This document shows positions 28,533 through 43,232 of a stretch of 64,000 bases of DNA, one piece after another; the first letter of the stretch is position 1, and each line of letters opens with the position of its first letter. Source of the stretch: Balanoglossus misakiensis (taxonomy: Eukaryota; Animalia; Hemichordata). The notes under the pieces are model-generated. The model searched no databases and had not been told where the DNA came from. It worked only from the letters and a program-made list of their open reading frames with translations. Both the position numbers and the translations under genes were made by a program. The stretch lies in the NCBI GenBank assembly GCA_040954595.2, contig CM082597.2, positions 1,036,886 through 1,100,885 of the forward strand, given 5' to 3'.

Positions 28533-29198
28533 TTAAAAGTAGCACAGCATAACACAAAGCTCATTCCAAAGTGAGTAACCCTCATTTCACCTTCTCGCTA
28601 TCAAAATTAAATCGCATTTACGGCACAATTTCAGACAGGAAAATTCTTCAGTAATATCTGGACTTTTCTATTTATTCTATGGGCACAGTTTTGTCATATT
28701 ATTTGTCAACAAGGCGGTCGGTACATTAAAACATCTTAATAAACACTGAATGTTTTCAGCTTGTTAGATTGTCCAAATGTTCCTGAGAATAAATTCACCA
28801 GACTTCATGGCCGACACGATAAAATTAATAAATCATGCTGGGAAAAGATCAGCGATATTGTACAGATGTGTTTTGTTGAAAGATTTTATTGAAGAAAATG
28901 ACTACGCTGAGTTTGTAAGTCAAAAGGTTAATGGGAACTGCTGATTGAGAATTTCACGATGAATCAAAATGTTGTAAGACTTCTTTTATGAAACCATCAA
29001 ATTTGAATGAAACCATTGCCAGTTGTCTTCACATCTATATACAAACTGACAGGAGATGTAAAGCATTTGTCGAGTGAAGTAATGTATGCAGACAGTCTGA
29101 ATAAAAGTGTGTGGTCACTGGCAGCATGGTCTGTTCTTGACAAGAGCCACGTACATGTAAAGACAGAGAGACAAAAGTTCCATCTCGCAAGCACTTAC

Positions 29199-29221
29199 CG
29201 TTGGCCATGGAGAAACCTCAT
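29199..29221 (-). CDS. Alternative first coding exon (MRFLHGQR)
   Basis: ATG + 7 codons + CG|gtaagt consensus donor; phase 2; CpG-richer region upstream (29.3-30.1 kb). Confidence 0.55.
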
Positions 29222-32200
29222 TCCTTATATATATAAGTTTTTTTTCTGGCAGTGATGGTAATCCTGGAAAAGTTATGCAGATAATCCAGATACTACAAGA
29301 TATCCTGGCTCAGAAAAATCCGGTGTCTCGGATGTGGACAAGAATCCCACAAGAATTGACACCAATATTCCTAAGATTGCCGTGAATTGGCCTCTTGTCT
29401 GATAATCAAATTCTCAGATGCAGCATGTATCAAACTCTGCACCAAATCGTTGCAGACATCAAAAAAAGACCATTGCAACAGCAACTTCGCACTGGTCAGA
29501 TTTCTGTCAATATGCCACACTTTTCCATGGTATTATGATTCCGTGAACTCCAGATGTGTTTATCCGGGAAGATATCTTGGTCTTCCATAGACAATAACAA
29601 AGATGAGTCAGTTATTTATCCCTGGTGTCTAGACTTGATTCGACCGTCCCACACGACAGGAAACAACAACAAAACTTAAGGTCAACATATCTTTACCAAC
29701 GCTGCAGTCAACGATCATCTGGCTACAGAATCTCCTTGAAACCACAGCAAACAAATCGAACACACAGGTAATACACAGTTCCACTTTAAGTTCCCTTTGG
29801 AAGATATATGACGCGCAATTCCACATCAATCAAATCTCCATGTCTGAACTGGAGCGCTTCACACACACAACGCTGCACAGAAAGTAAACAGCTTTTCACA
29901 ATGCATGCCCAGGCTAGACCCAGAGAGACTGGCGAGTGGGTGGGTTCGCTTCCTGTTCTGTTATTTGAACTGTTTGGCCCCCAGCACCGCCTAATCAACA
30001 TTGTAGGATAATAGATCGCGGCTGTCACTCTATACAGGCTGCGGACCGAACACCAATGCACAGGCTGAACTCGTACTTCTGCCGATCCCACTGAACGCTA
30101 CCAAGATATATAGTCCTGGTCGGTCATAGACACCAGGCCCTGGGGTTCTGACAGCACCAGAAATCTGCAAAACTTTAATACTGAGCACTGTCTTTTGTCT
30201 AGCTGTTGGCCGACATACACTTTGCTAAACAGATTGCAGCTTGTGCATCACAAAAAACATATCACCTTGGACTCAGTCAAATGTGTCTTTATGTAGTTAG
30301 TGCATGACTAATTTTTGAGCTAGGGCCTAAAACTTCTCTCTCAGCCCAAACCCACTCTCTCTGAGACAAAACCTTGCAAAGAAAGAAGAAATCTGCAAAG
30401 AACGCAGCCGGGATGTACACAGACTCAGTCATAAAATCCCTGCAGATTGTATGAAAGGTTTTATGGTATTGATGTCTCTCTGTTTGTATGATTGCAGGGG
30501 TATCCTGAGGTCACGTCCTGACAACAGCCTTTTGGACTGTACACAAACGTGAGATCAAAATATCATGGTGTCACGACCACTTTACCTATTCATAACTGCA
30601 GATCAGTTTAATCTTTTCATTTTAATACTTGGGTATGATCAATGAACAGAATGATAGGGTGGATGATTTACGGTGAGGCTAGGAAGTTGTTTAGTATTGA
30701 GACTACTGTCTGTTTTTTGTCAATTTCCGGTGAAAGTATAAACTTCAGACAAATGTGTTACACAGTGAAGCCTGGTATTAACCACACCCTTTCTCTAAAC
30801 TAGAAACATGTTGATGATGATCAACTTTCAATCTTTACGACTTTCCATTCATGATTAACCTGCTCTTAGGCATAGATCTTGACGATGATACCAATCTGAT
30901 TTCAGCCAATATGCCATTAAAGAAAGACAAGAATTTCATTTTCTGCTGTTACGGGACCAGGGCCATTTCTAAATTGGCCAAAATGGGCGCTCGCGCAACA
31001 CTTGACAAATTCAAATTCTGGTCCCTGGGCCTCACAGGCCTAGTTCACTCTGTGGTTGGGTCCCATTCAGAGGGGAATCTGGGTGAAAGGCTACGAATTC
31101 ACAAATATAGGACGTTCAACTTTTGAATTCACCCTTTTGTATGCAAGACTGATCAGACCTACCCAGACGTCAACGTTTCACATGGGAATTATACAGTATA
31201 CAGCAATCTCTCCTAAAGTTACAAAGTGGGTGATGAATATAATATTGCTGGTGCAAACTGCCTCCGGGTATTTTGAGATTTCTGAGCTTTGCCTGGCAGG
31301 AAATCAATTTGAATACTAGACAGTCTGCACTTCAAAACGACAAGAAATTTCACTGTTTATTCAAACGTTATGACTTCACAGATCAGAAAGCGAGATTTCA
31401 CTCCAACTGTACAAATGTAATATCACAGATCACACAAACCTCCAAGAGATCTGGGCTCTCTTACCATAAAAAGATACAATCCTATTACTGAGCTCATTTA
31501 CATCACGGACTGTAGACAAGCAATATTTCATTTTCCAGGTACCGCAGAAATCAAACTAACTCCCAGGGTGAACGTACAAGACACCACTAGCCATATGTAC
31601 ACAGATATCAAAGATATTGCAGAGTACATGTGTTGTACGAGACTTTTATTGTACCTTCAGGAATATCTGCTATAAATGCTTTACAACTGAACGCATTCAA
31701 AACAGCACATTTCATGAAATACTCTCATGAAACTTGTAATCTGATATTTTATTGAGCCAGGGTGAATTCATGTATAAATGTATGTGGATATGAGATAGCA
31801 AACAAAGTGTCTATATATTATTTTGTTGTGTGGTGCCTCGCCACAACATGAATATATCAAAATACATGTCGGTAATGCATATATTCAAACCCGGAGTGAT
31901 ATGTAATTTTAAGAACAGTCACCACCATATTGCCAAAACACGGAATGAAATGACCTCCTGGGGTCAGGGGTCATTTAAGGTCAATCTCTGCCTGACCTAT
32001 CATATTTAGAGTTGAGTGAAACCAGACAGCAGGCTGTCAGAACGGAGGTTACAACAAACAAGGCTGTTATTTACAGTGAGTGTTCAGAAGAAGAAAAATA
32101 GAAGGAACCGTACATGAAAAACTAGGCACTAACATGGATGATGTGACAACAATTATATTAAGTTACACTAATTCGAGTCTGTTTGCTGGTTCGTTTGTGA

Positions 32201-33499
32201 CTCAACGCTCTATTATTCAGTCAGCAGTATAGGCCAAGTGTGAATTCATATGATATTATTAAAAACCTTTCTTTAGGAATCCTATCTGAACATCTGTGCA
32301 CATTTCTGTCAAATACTGTATGTGGAATTCAGAAGGTTAAATATCAATAATATCTGACCTAAATAGATGGAAAGTGCATGTATCATGGTGTTTGCGTGTA
32401 TGTATCATGTATGTACGCACATTGTGTATGGCATTTCATACATGTGTTCTTGACCTGGCTTGTAATTTTGTATGGTACATGTAGTGTACATGTACATGTG
32501 GCCCAAATCTGTGGACACTAGCCGTCGGATCACGAGTCCACTGCTCTAGCCACTGGACTATGCCCTCTCAAGGCAGAGGGCAACGACAGCGTAAGATTGT
32601 GTCAACAATATCCCAGTACTGTAAAATTCCTGCCACCGACTGTAGCTCATTCAGAAACACTTCATCTCCGCACTTTATAGGTGCAGAATCAACACAAAGT
32701 CAGGTTGCAGTTATTAATATGGACACACGCAGGAATTTTACTAAAGCAAATATTGAGACAAGGTGTTGTCAGGAGGACGTGTCAGCCAACACCCTTTTCT
32801 AGAAAACACTGCAGACCACATCACCGATTCCAAATCCAATATCCCATGATGCATGTAAAACTGAAGTATTCTGGATAACTCCACTGGCGGTAAAATTTAA
32901 CTAACAAGTTTCCATGGTAACAATCAAGTGTGTGGGAAGCTTGTACTTAAATTTATTAAATATGTGTCAACTTTGCAGCTTGGATAATTCAGAGTGTGGC
33001 TGTAACATTGTAGTGTATACACTTCAAGTTTATTAAATCCACACCTCAAAATACAGAACTTAATTTGATCTTCAGTTTACGACAGTGTATTTGCAATGTT
33101 CAGGGATTTTACTAATGATGGCTCAAGGTGACTCCCTGCATACAGGGAAACTGGAGATGAAATTCAAACCTTTGTATTTATTCAAAGATGACTTCCCAAA
33201 TACTGTATCCTGATTGGCCACTTTTATGACCCCTGGGTGACCTGACATCCTGGTCTTTTCTTGGTATGACATCATACATCAATTCACCCTTGCAAGCAAC
33301 ACTCACAGTTTTGTAACTGACAAAATCTATATTTTTGTTCTCAGATGACTTAGAGTGCACAAATTCAATAGTATGGTTGACTGTGTTCAGTTTAAACTCA
33401 AAAATAGCATGTACAGGTCACATGATAAGGGTCATGAAAGTGGCCAATGGTTGACTCCCTGCAACAACCCAGTACAAGATCATTATGCAGTGCTGTTAT

Positions 33500-34250
33500 T
33501 AACACCCCACCCACAGGACAATGCAAGCCCAGTCACACAACAAGTGTTAATTTTATGCAAATTCATGTTGACAAAATCAATACCAACTGGGAAATTCAAG
33601 AACCCAAACTGGCCAATCATCATGCAACATTTGAAATCAACACAATGACATCCGACCAATGCAATCTGCTGTTTGGTTGGAGAGACTGACCAAGAGCTTC
33701 AGAAAAGAATTTATGGACATCTGTACCCAAGCATAAACAAACCCCCTCTAGTTGCTGAACTTTTCAACGGCCCAAATCACAACATCAACCTTGCCACTTT
33801 CATGGGTATTTTTCAAGTCTTTTTAAAACAAGATAAAAATAAGAAAATCACTCAAACTGAAAAAATATCTAAATTCAACACCCTCTAACCACAACATATC
33901 AACAAAACCACTGGTGACCCCCTGACCCTAAAACATCAGCTATCACTTTTACAACTCACTAAGGGGTCCTTTCCCATCATTCCCTGTTCCATTTCTGCAC
34001 CCACCAACACCAGAAAACACGGTCTCCTCCACAAATGTAAGTTTTTCACAGATTTTCTGCTCATTTTTACTTCATTTTCCTCAAGCATACGCATATCAGG
34101 ACCTCCCTTGTCACATCTTTTACCAGAGCTTATCAATTTTGTCCACTTTTGTTCCAAACACACTGTATTTTAAACTTTTTCTGTTTCATTTCTTGCAGTG
34201 TCTTGGATGGAGGCCTTGTTCAAGTTTCAAAATGTCAGCTTTTGGAAATA
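33500..34250 (+). mobile_element. Degenerate Penelope-like retroelement 3' fragment (GIY-YIG endonuclease remnant)
   Basis: Frameshifted CNLL/VGETDQELQKRIYGH...LVAELFNGPNHN matches the Penelope pattern C..YVGET...L..R...H...VA.HFN...H. Boundaries are approximate. Confidence 0.65.
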
Positions 34251-36285
34251 AAAGGAGTCAATGTCCAACAACTTGCACAAGAACATGAGGTGACTTATTT
34301 ACATGTACAAAACATCTCAATACTGTTACACTGGTATTCAACAGAATGGCCTAGCACATGTATTTTACTGTCTACACTAGAAATTTATGGTACTCAAAGA
34401 AAACCATTTGATGTTTGGCAGCTTTTCCCATATTTCATTTGCTATTTCTAAACTATACCCTTGTGACAAATTGAAGCTTACATTTCAAGTCTTGGAAACA
34501 ACTGTCACACAGGTGTTTGTGTAATTTTGTAAACACTTTTATCAGCTCAGTTCCAGTAGATGTGGTAAAAACCATTCAAAATATTGAAAAAAATTAACAA
34601 AAAAATAACAAGCTGAAATATGAGGCCAGGTTTTTGAAAAAACTCAGAACAAACATGGAGGCTCAAGTGAGATGACAGTCAGAATTCCCAATACACCCAG
34701 GACTATAGCAATTTTCCTTCAGTGACCTACATGAGTTCACAATCACCTCCAAAAGGCCAAGTCCTGATTAGGGGCCCTCGTTAAAATACCCTAGTTATCA
34801 ATGTCCATAATATAAAACAGTCAACATGTCAGTCAGAAAGGGCTTATTCTATGCTTTTGCTTAAATTGTAAAAGGCATGCTGATCTCCTTATATGATTGT
34901 TGTAGACTCATGCCCTCTATCTTTTACCTTGGAAATAAATTCTCTCTGTAATTTGAAAGATCACAAATCCCATCACCCAACCAGAGTAACCTAAATTAAA
35001 TCTGTAGAAGTCAACCTTTGACCAGTAATAACACTACATGACTGTGTAAATTTTTCGGAATTTCAGGAGGAAGTAAGATTAACTTCCCTCTGTGAGAACA
35101 GTAAAATTTATCATTGGGCTACTTGCTTGCTGATGCAACAGGAATGGGTAATGCCCTGTACCCAGAGGTCAAAGACACAAAAATTCAAAATGGGAGTCCC
35201 CCCCCCTCTCCATAATGCTAGATAAGTTCAGTTATCACTAAAATCTCTCTACAGAGCAGATATCTATGGTTAAGTTGATGATTTTGACTGAAGTGCTGCT
35301 CTTTGGGTGCAATACAATGTTGTTTCTGCAAGTCCTGTGCTGTTGTAGTGCCATGCCTCATTCTTGCTTTCCTCTACATGTTGTCCTACCAGTCAGTACT
35401 TCTAATCTTCAGTCAGACTGCTTCTTTATTCATTCAAAAACTTCTACAGTCACTCAAGCTAGTTTGTGCAAAAAAAATACAATGCTGGCTTTGTGTATAT
35501 TTTTTAAAATAAAATCATTACACTATGCTATGTTGTCAATTTTTCTAATCTGTCATGCTGACAACAACAAAAAAAACATTATCTTTTAATGATGCTCATT
35601 AAAATACATCACTTTGGGAATACCTACATCTGTAATATGCAAACAGTAAGAGTTACATAAATTGAAATGTGGTATTCCCAATCTATAAAATCACAGCTGA
35701 AATTCTGATATTCAGGTTGGTTCTAAAACCTATCCAACAGAGGCAATTCCACTGAAAAACTGGCTCTCTGAAATGGGACTATACCAGTAACCTGTAGGTG
35801 AAATGTACATGTACCAGGAAGTGCGCTGCTACATTGTAGCCATGAGTCATGTCGATTTCTGAAATGGACATTTGTTGACAAAATTCATTAGAAAACTGGG
35901 CAGTGTTCAAGAAGGTTATCTGAGGTACAAATAAAAGGTCACATGACCTAAAGAAGTTAACTCCCCCAAGACTGTCATATTTTCAACATTGCTTTATAAA
36001 CATTGTGTTAACATACGTCGATGGGCACTGACGTTTGGACAACCTTTGCCCCGTCTACCATCGTATGACTCACATCCCATAATCATTCTCCAGTACCAAA
36101 AATAGTCTTATAATATGTTAAAACTGTATCAATAATAACTATACTTAAGTCTGTTTGCACAGATATAAAGGATATTCTCATTCTGTTGGACTGAGAGTGA
36201 CGTGACCTCAATGAAAGCGACACTACTTCCTGGATAGGTTATTTCGGAAATAGTTGCCCCAGACACTGGTCAGTCAAATACTCAC

Positions 36286-36323
36286 CGTTCAGACAAACGC
36301 GGTCCCGATCCAGCCAGGGCCAT
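36286..36323 (-). CDS. Most distal first coding exon (MALAGSGPRLSER)
   Basis: Good Kozak context (gacATGG), 12 codons + CG|gtgagt; phase 2; sits at the edge of the CpG-rich region. Confidence 0.7.
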
Positions 36324-39300
36324 GTCGTTGTTTTCAGTCCTTTATTCACTTATCCTCGACCGGTCATACCGGTCTGAATGACCCCCTTATCACAGGTATA
36401 GTTATGCGATCTCTGAGAGAGTTTCAGAGCTTACACAGCGAAACAACAGAATCCCACCCAGTTGAAATCAGTCAGTCGTGAACACGACACACACACAGTT
36501 CCTCAGTCCAACGATGGCCTATATCGACACAATTGGCACTGTTCGTGAGAACTATCCAACAAGTGATATTCCTAGAGTTGTTCTGTATCTTCTACAAAAC
36601 TTTTGAGTCCAGCGTTTGGGTAAAAATCGTCTTGTTTTGGTTTAGTCTCACAGCGGACATTCACCGGAAAGTATTATGAGGGATATCCCATATTTCGGCC
36701 TGTGCACGCAGTGTTTAATTTTAAACCTTGAACGATAAAATAGTCCGTATAAATTTTGCTTTCAATTAAATAGATACTGTCCTCATGGCAGGCTTTGAAA
36801 TATTCAGAGCAACAAAATGATATTTCTCTAAGGCAATGATCTAGATTCATTCAAATATTTTTTCCAGGATTTGGATGGCTCACTTTTGGTAGATGAGTTA
36901 GTGATCCTCCGCCGCGGCCAGATCAAACATGGCTGCCATCACAAAATTTACATAAAATGGCCCCAGCAAAACGAAATCACCAAGATCATTGAACACTGGT
37001 GGCGTTTTCGCAACATAACACAAAACTGCTGGTACAGAAAGCCCAAATAAATGATTAAATACAAAAGGGCAGGGAGACAAATATATGGAAAACAGCAACA
37101 AATAAACAACAAACAAGAAGACTGTTAAATTCTCCAAAGGACGCGTGCAAAACGTTGATTACAGCTCAACAGAAATCACCTACACATAAGAGGAAATTTG
37201 CCAAGCAAAATTCTTTGAATGATTCGTTGCTAATTTCTCTTAGATTTTACTTCAAAAAAGATGTTGGTGTCATCATGAAAAACCTCCAACACTAATTTGT
37301 CACACCTGCCGTTGGTGGCGACATTATGACAAATAGCACCGCAGCCAGAATCTGAAGTAATAACCAGACACCAATGCTCCATCAACGACAAAATTATGAC
37401 TCGGATTGTGCTCGTTTTTCATGAGCCAGTCTTGTTTGTCCAAACTGTTGAGGGCGAATGTATATACGCTGTTTCAATTGGCCCAGGGCTGTCACGGTGT
37501 TTGAGTCTAGGTTGGGTTTTGGTAAGTCCATGGTCCAATGGATTTGGTATGTCCGTTGTCCAATGTATCACACCACCAGTGAAACTGAATATAAAAGAGA
37601 GAAAAGAGAGAGTAAAAATTTAATTTGTTTCCTGACGTCTAGTTGTTTGGCTTACTGTTTTTGCCTGAAGTCGTTGCTACCAAGATTAGTCAATTTACAA
37701 CATGTGGTAAATTTACAAATTTACGAACCTACTCTTGTTTAATTACCCAATATATTGCTGTCTGCTGTCGTGGACACTCTTGCTCAATACTCAGTAAACT
37801 GGAGTGGTGGGTTTTTAATCTTTTCTGATGGTTGAATACACGAACGAAGAGAGGGAAAATGTCATTTGTGGACACAAGCGTATCGGTGGGTGTCGCTATG
37901 TAAACCCGGCCAGCAGTTCGTTGATTATGATGGATCTGTTTACAAAGCATGCTTACAATATTTGCACCGTTCCCGCTGTTGTTCACGGGTGAAAGCGTCT
38001 CCTTGGCCTTTTGTAGAGCGATATACAAACACATATATTATTGCTTTGAAGTTGCATTGTTCAAAGACTGATCAATATTATAATTATTAAACCCTTACAG
38101 GGAATATAATACAAACTCGATGAAAGTCCCAATGTAAAATCGGTGTTACCTATTTTTTATTTCTGAGAGTAAATTGGTCGACCAAATACACTGAAATAAA
38201 CCTCGCACACAATTTAGAACACTACTTAATTTTCTCAGCATGATACACAACATATGTTAAGAAACGTTGTTGTCTTCATGATTTGCACAGAAAGGAATAG
38301 TAAACGGCGACACCAACAATATGTATCCAATAGAAACGAGCGCGTAAGAGTTGTCACGTGAATAAGCAGAAATATGTCAATGACAACGCCAAGCAGGTGT
38401 GTATACATACAAGTTTTGTCAGGTAAAACTAAAGTACCACACAAAGGAAGTGATTGACAGAACTGTGAAAGGGTTAAGGGGTTTAAGGTCTTTGGAGTTG
38501 AGTGGACAAGTTCTGGCTGAGACGATGTAAATGCACTATGCGAACATGATTGGGTCACTTTATTTTTGGTTCAAAACTACAGAAGTTGACCATTATCCTG
38601 TTCAAATGTTATAATATACCCTGCTCAAATTTTAAAAATTCTAGTTTTGAGCCAAAAAGTGATCGACCCAATTTTCACGTAGTACGCTTACCCCGTCCAG
38701 GTCAGACCCTGTCAATCAACTGCAGACAATTTAAAGACGCTATAGTCATAAGAAAAAAAAATAGGTGGCTTAGTGATCCAGTCTCGAGTCACAGTTTACA
38801 CGGGTTTTTTTTCATTGCGAATAGAGAATATGAACGAAAATACGATAAAAATGGCGTCCCTTCAATGTTCTGTCTTGGTGAGGCAGTTTCTTTTCCACCG
38901 TATAGATTTTTTTGTTTGTTTATGCTTTGAATTTTGCAAACATTCTGTTTCCAGGCGGATGTCCCTGTAGGAAACAGGGGAAAAAGAATCGCAGTGGGGA
39001 TTTTTGGGCACGGCAAGATGGCATGCGGTTCTTTGAGTATAAAGGCAAAGCTTCTTGTGGTCATTCATGACCATATCTTCAAATCAACGCCGCTAAAGAA
39101 TTCCCCACTGAATCAAAAGAGGCCAAACCTTCAAGTTGAAAAGGTGCGCTATTTGAATTGCCGCTCCTATGTCACAATACTGAGAGAGAGTGGTATTTAT
39201 CGAACATTACAATGCTCTATTGTCGCATCATACAAATCACCGTGATAGTCAAGCATCATTTGTGAACAAAAACAGTGAGAAAATAATTTATAATCTTTAT

Positions 39301-39655
39301 CTCTTTTTTTTCCATTTTTTTCTGAACTATACGCGGAAAATATGGTTTGGTGGCCTTAGCTATGAGAGAAAAAATTGCATTGGTGGATCTAGGCCCTTGA
39401 ATCCATATTTTCGATTTTTTACTTGCTAGTGGAGTCTATACATGATCATATCACCATACTTGAACAAGATTGTTCGATAAATAGTGCATGCTGGCAAGTT
39501 AACATGGTCACTCCGCACAGAAGCTGAAATTTCACTGGAGCAGTCCATAGTAATTCATTGATGACGAATTCCGACCTATTTCCGTAAAGAAAGGAGGTGA
39601 CTGACTAACGGGTATTCAAAGTGCTTTCCCTTTAAAAGCAATGATGTCAAACATA

Positions 39656-39873
39656 CTGTAAAACGGGAAAATTTTCGCGACAGGAAATTTTCGCGGTATC
39701 AAAAGAGGTAACTATTACGCGACGACTAATTTTTACGTTCTCGTATTTCACTGCATCTTAATCTCCGAAAAAAACCTTTTTACGCGACATTTTTGATTCT
39801 CGGGGGGGGGGGGGGGGTGGCTCTCGCTTAGTTCGCGAAAATTTATCATAAGCGAAAATTTCCCGTTTTACAG
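39656..39873. mobile_element. Complete 218-bp MITE with TA target duplication (Tc1/mariner-type)
   Basis: TA|CTGTAAAACGGGAAAATTTTCGC ... GCGAAAATTTCCCGTTTTACAG|TA; ~22-bp TIRs with a 1-nt indel, internal ttttcgcg subrepeats and a poly-G run. Confidence 0.85.
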
Positions 39874-42649
39874 TATATTGCAAAACTATATGTCGGATTC
39901 GATTCTGCTATGACGACAATGCAAACATGACAACAGCCCTGGTTTATATAGTACACAAATTGACACCAAAACACAAGCGCTTAAATTGGATCTGTCAATT
40001 CCATCAAAGGGGAGTTTCAGGGCTTAATAAATGGAGGGTCACAGAATACCGTATGATATGACAACTAGGCGATTTAAATTCGGAATGGTACTACCCCGCT
40101 TTCGGTAATAATGCCATGGTAACGACTGCGAATTCATTGTATAATGCGGTGAGAAATACAGGTTTGGTCACACGTTGGCCAAAAGGCCGGTCAAGGTTAA
40201 CCATTTTCCTTGCTGTGGAAACCCTATATCCAAATGGATCTGTCCCGTTACCATGGGCACCGAGAAAGCTTCTCTATTGGACATGCCCGTATATTTAGCG
40301 GCTACCAAAACCTCACCACTTATTTACAGTAAGGTGACATTGCGTTACGGTGCAGGTGAGTTCATTCAAAAACTTTCTTTTTTTCCAAAAGTAAGGTTTT
40401 CATGGCTTACGGAAATACGTATATTAGGTCTAAACTTGCCACGAAAGAGGTATTTTACTGTCATAAATTATCTTTCCCAAGAAGCCAATATTTGTTAATT
40501 TTTCAGCTAAACAAACGATGAGCAAAAAGACTTAAAGATATAAACCTGACGTTTCGGCTGACTGATTATTTGACAGGAAGAATTTGGAACTTTCAATTTC
40601 ACGGATTCTTTGGAAAATATGAACTGAAAAAAAGACGGGAAAGCAAACGATTACTCGAAGTAAAATATTGACGTCAGTGAAAACGTGCAGATTCTGTCTT
40701 GACTTTAAACTTTCATGATTTCAGAATCGAAAGGTTCGTAAGATTAATGTTCTCTGTTCTGCTGTACGTTTTGCTGTGTTAGATTTTTTTCTGTTTTTTT
40801 TTTTTTTTTATGTTGAATATTTTTTATTATGTACTAAAATTTATCCATAAAAAAGTAAGACTACATAAATCAATCGTAATACTTCAATATCGATTAATTT
40901 TCGTTCATTGAAAATCACGTCAAAATGTATGCAACCTCCTCGTTAGTATCGACATGGGTTTTTTTCCGTGATAGTACGGACTTCGTCATTGGGTGACTCG
41001 TTTCAATGGCTCTTTCATAGTAAGCATGTGCGTCCCACGTTGCGATGACAACAGCTAATAACAACCTGTAGGCCGACACATTTTGTTTAGTCAAAGTGAG
41101 ATCTTGAGGTTGTGAAGTGGAATTTAAACATATCGGTGAAATCATGTTTTAATATTCCTGTCTGTGCACGCGTTTAGAAGATTTTTTTCTCATCTGCCAA
41201 CCACTCCGTATTTTGTTGATGGAAGTGGTCAAGGTTTTGTAAAATCACCAGGTACGGAGAAATTAGCAGCGAGAATAATAAAGGTCGATTTACAAATAAT
41301 GCTCCTTTGTACATGCCAAAATATGTAATTATGGCAAATTGAATGTATGCATGTAGTGGTGCGTGCAAGGTTGATGTAGTGCATGGTGTTGTCATGGCCA
41401 CCGACCCTGAATTCCAATCACCTATTATAGGCATTGAAATGCATTTCATTCTCAAATTCCGATGGATCTGCCCAGTAGTTATTATAGGATTTCACTTAGC
41501 TGTAAAAACGGTTCAACTGATCTCTTTATAGGGTTTCGTAACTCCTTGTCACTTTGGCAACAATGTGCCCTACCGATCCCTCTTCGGTAACGTCATATTT
41601 TAAGCGTGGGGCGTTTTGAAGTCGTAATCAATACTTATTTGGGCCCCAAACAAACTATTCAAACACAGTAACATGATCAGCATCTTGCAAGTGCGCCACA
41701 TCTCAGTGCAGTGGGAGGGGGAGATCTTGAGTATTTTCCCTGTCAAATCCCTCGATAATTATCTATTTTTTCCAGAATCGATTACTACACTGGTATTGTT
41801 ATAACATGAAATGGTTAAAAATATTATACGCATACACTGTTAAAAAAGGTTTTATCTGCCACGGGCATTAACTTACATGACATTGAATCTCCTGAACTGG
41901 AAATCAAGTCTTGCCCTTGGAAGCACTCGTATATACGTTTTTCATGTATTCAGGTCACCCAGCGATATTTTCTCTTGAAAGCTGTAGTAGACAAAAGGAG
42001 TATAGAGTTGGACTTTTGGAATCAAAAGTATGTGTTCAGCGCGTGAATTCAAAGCTGAATAGCGGACAAATAAACGTGTGTACTTATGTCATGTCACCAT
42101 AGAAGGTCATGAATATAACGATACAAACTGTACAGACAGGTTAGACAGATTGGGTAGTGACGTCACATTCTTTACTTTGTAGAGAACCCCGTGTGACCCA
42201 TCGTTGTCAGGGCGACTATCCGTCTTTACATGTAACACCAATACACAACAGCTCTCGTACAACCAATGGAGTGACCGTGATAGAACAAGTAGTTTTAGCA
42301 ACTGAATAAACAAACTCTCCCTGAATTACCCTTTTGTAGCGAAAGACTGACGATTTCGTCTCAGGGTCCAGAGATTTGAGACAGTAATTAATGGCTAGGC
42401 TATACGTTAATACCACACAGGCGTTGAGGGCCAAAACATAAAAAAAACAGTCAGCGGTGATTTCTGTGACATTGTCGCACATGTTAACCCACCATATCGT
42501 GGTGGTGTTGGTGGTGGTAGAGTTGGTGACGATGATGATGACGATGACAACAGATGATGATACATGTATTTTTCATTGATTATAGCAGTACTACATTTCG
42601 CCAGACGCCAAAGGACGGGAAGAAGGAAGTCGTACTTCAACTAAAAATC

Positions 42650-43178
42650 ATGGCACAAACTGCATTGTTGGTTGCTTTACTCCTCTGCGGTAAGTGGCCA
42701 CCGAAACATACAGTAGAATCATGGCAGATTTGAATCGAAAGGAAATTTTATCTCGTCGACACAATTAACATTTTAGGAAATATTTATAAGAATGTTGCAC
42801 AACTGTAAACAATTCTTACATCTTTACTGATCAGCCTAAAAACTACAGGCTGTCGTATACGGTACAAATATCGTTGTTTGGTTCACAAAGTGCCAAGAGT
42901 AACGTTGGGCCAACAGGTGGCACATACAGTATTTCGTCTAAGACTTCTATCAACACTAACCCTAAAACAGAAGTCTTACTTTGACCGTGGCTTTATTGTG
43001 CCAAACCTTAATTTTACAGTGTCTACTGCTGGAGTGTTTTCTCTGGATTGTGTAGAGTGCAGCTACGACGAAACTTGGTACGATACGAACCGAGAGTGTC
43101 TCACAGACCCGTCATCCATCACCCCTACAGCTGGCTGTAGCACGCGTTGCTACACATACGCATACCGAGATTCAAGTA

Positions 43179-43232
<54 letters not shown>

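Noticed and set aside
38560-39480. Possible larger non-autonomous DNA transposon
   Set aside because: Composition is suggestive, but I could not define TIRs or a target duplication.
240-42600. Most 60-130 aa ORFs in the supplied track
   Set aside because: No recognisable motifs or splice context; expected by chance in AT-rich intronic and intergenic DNA.
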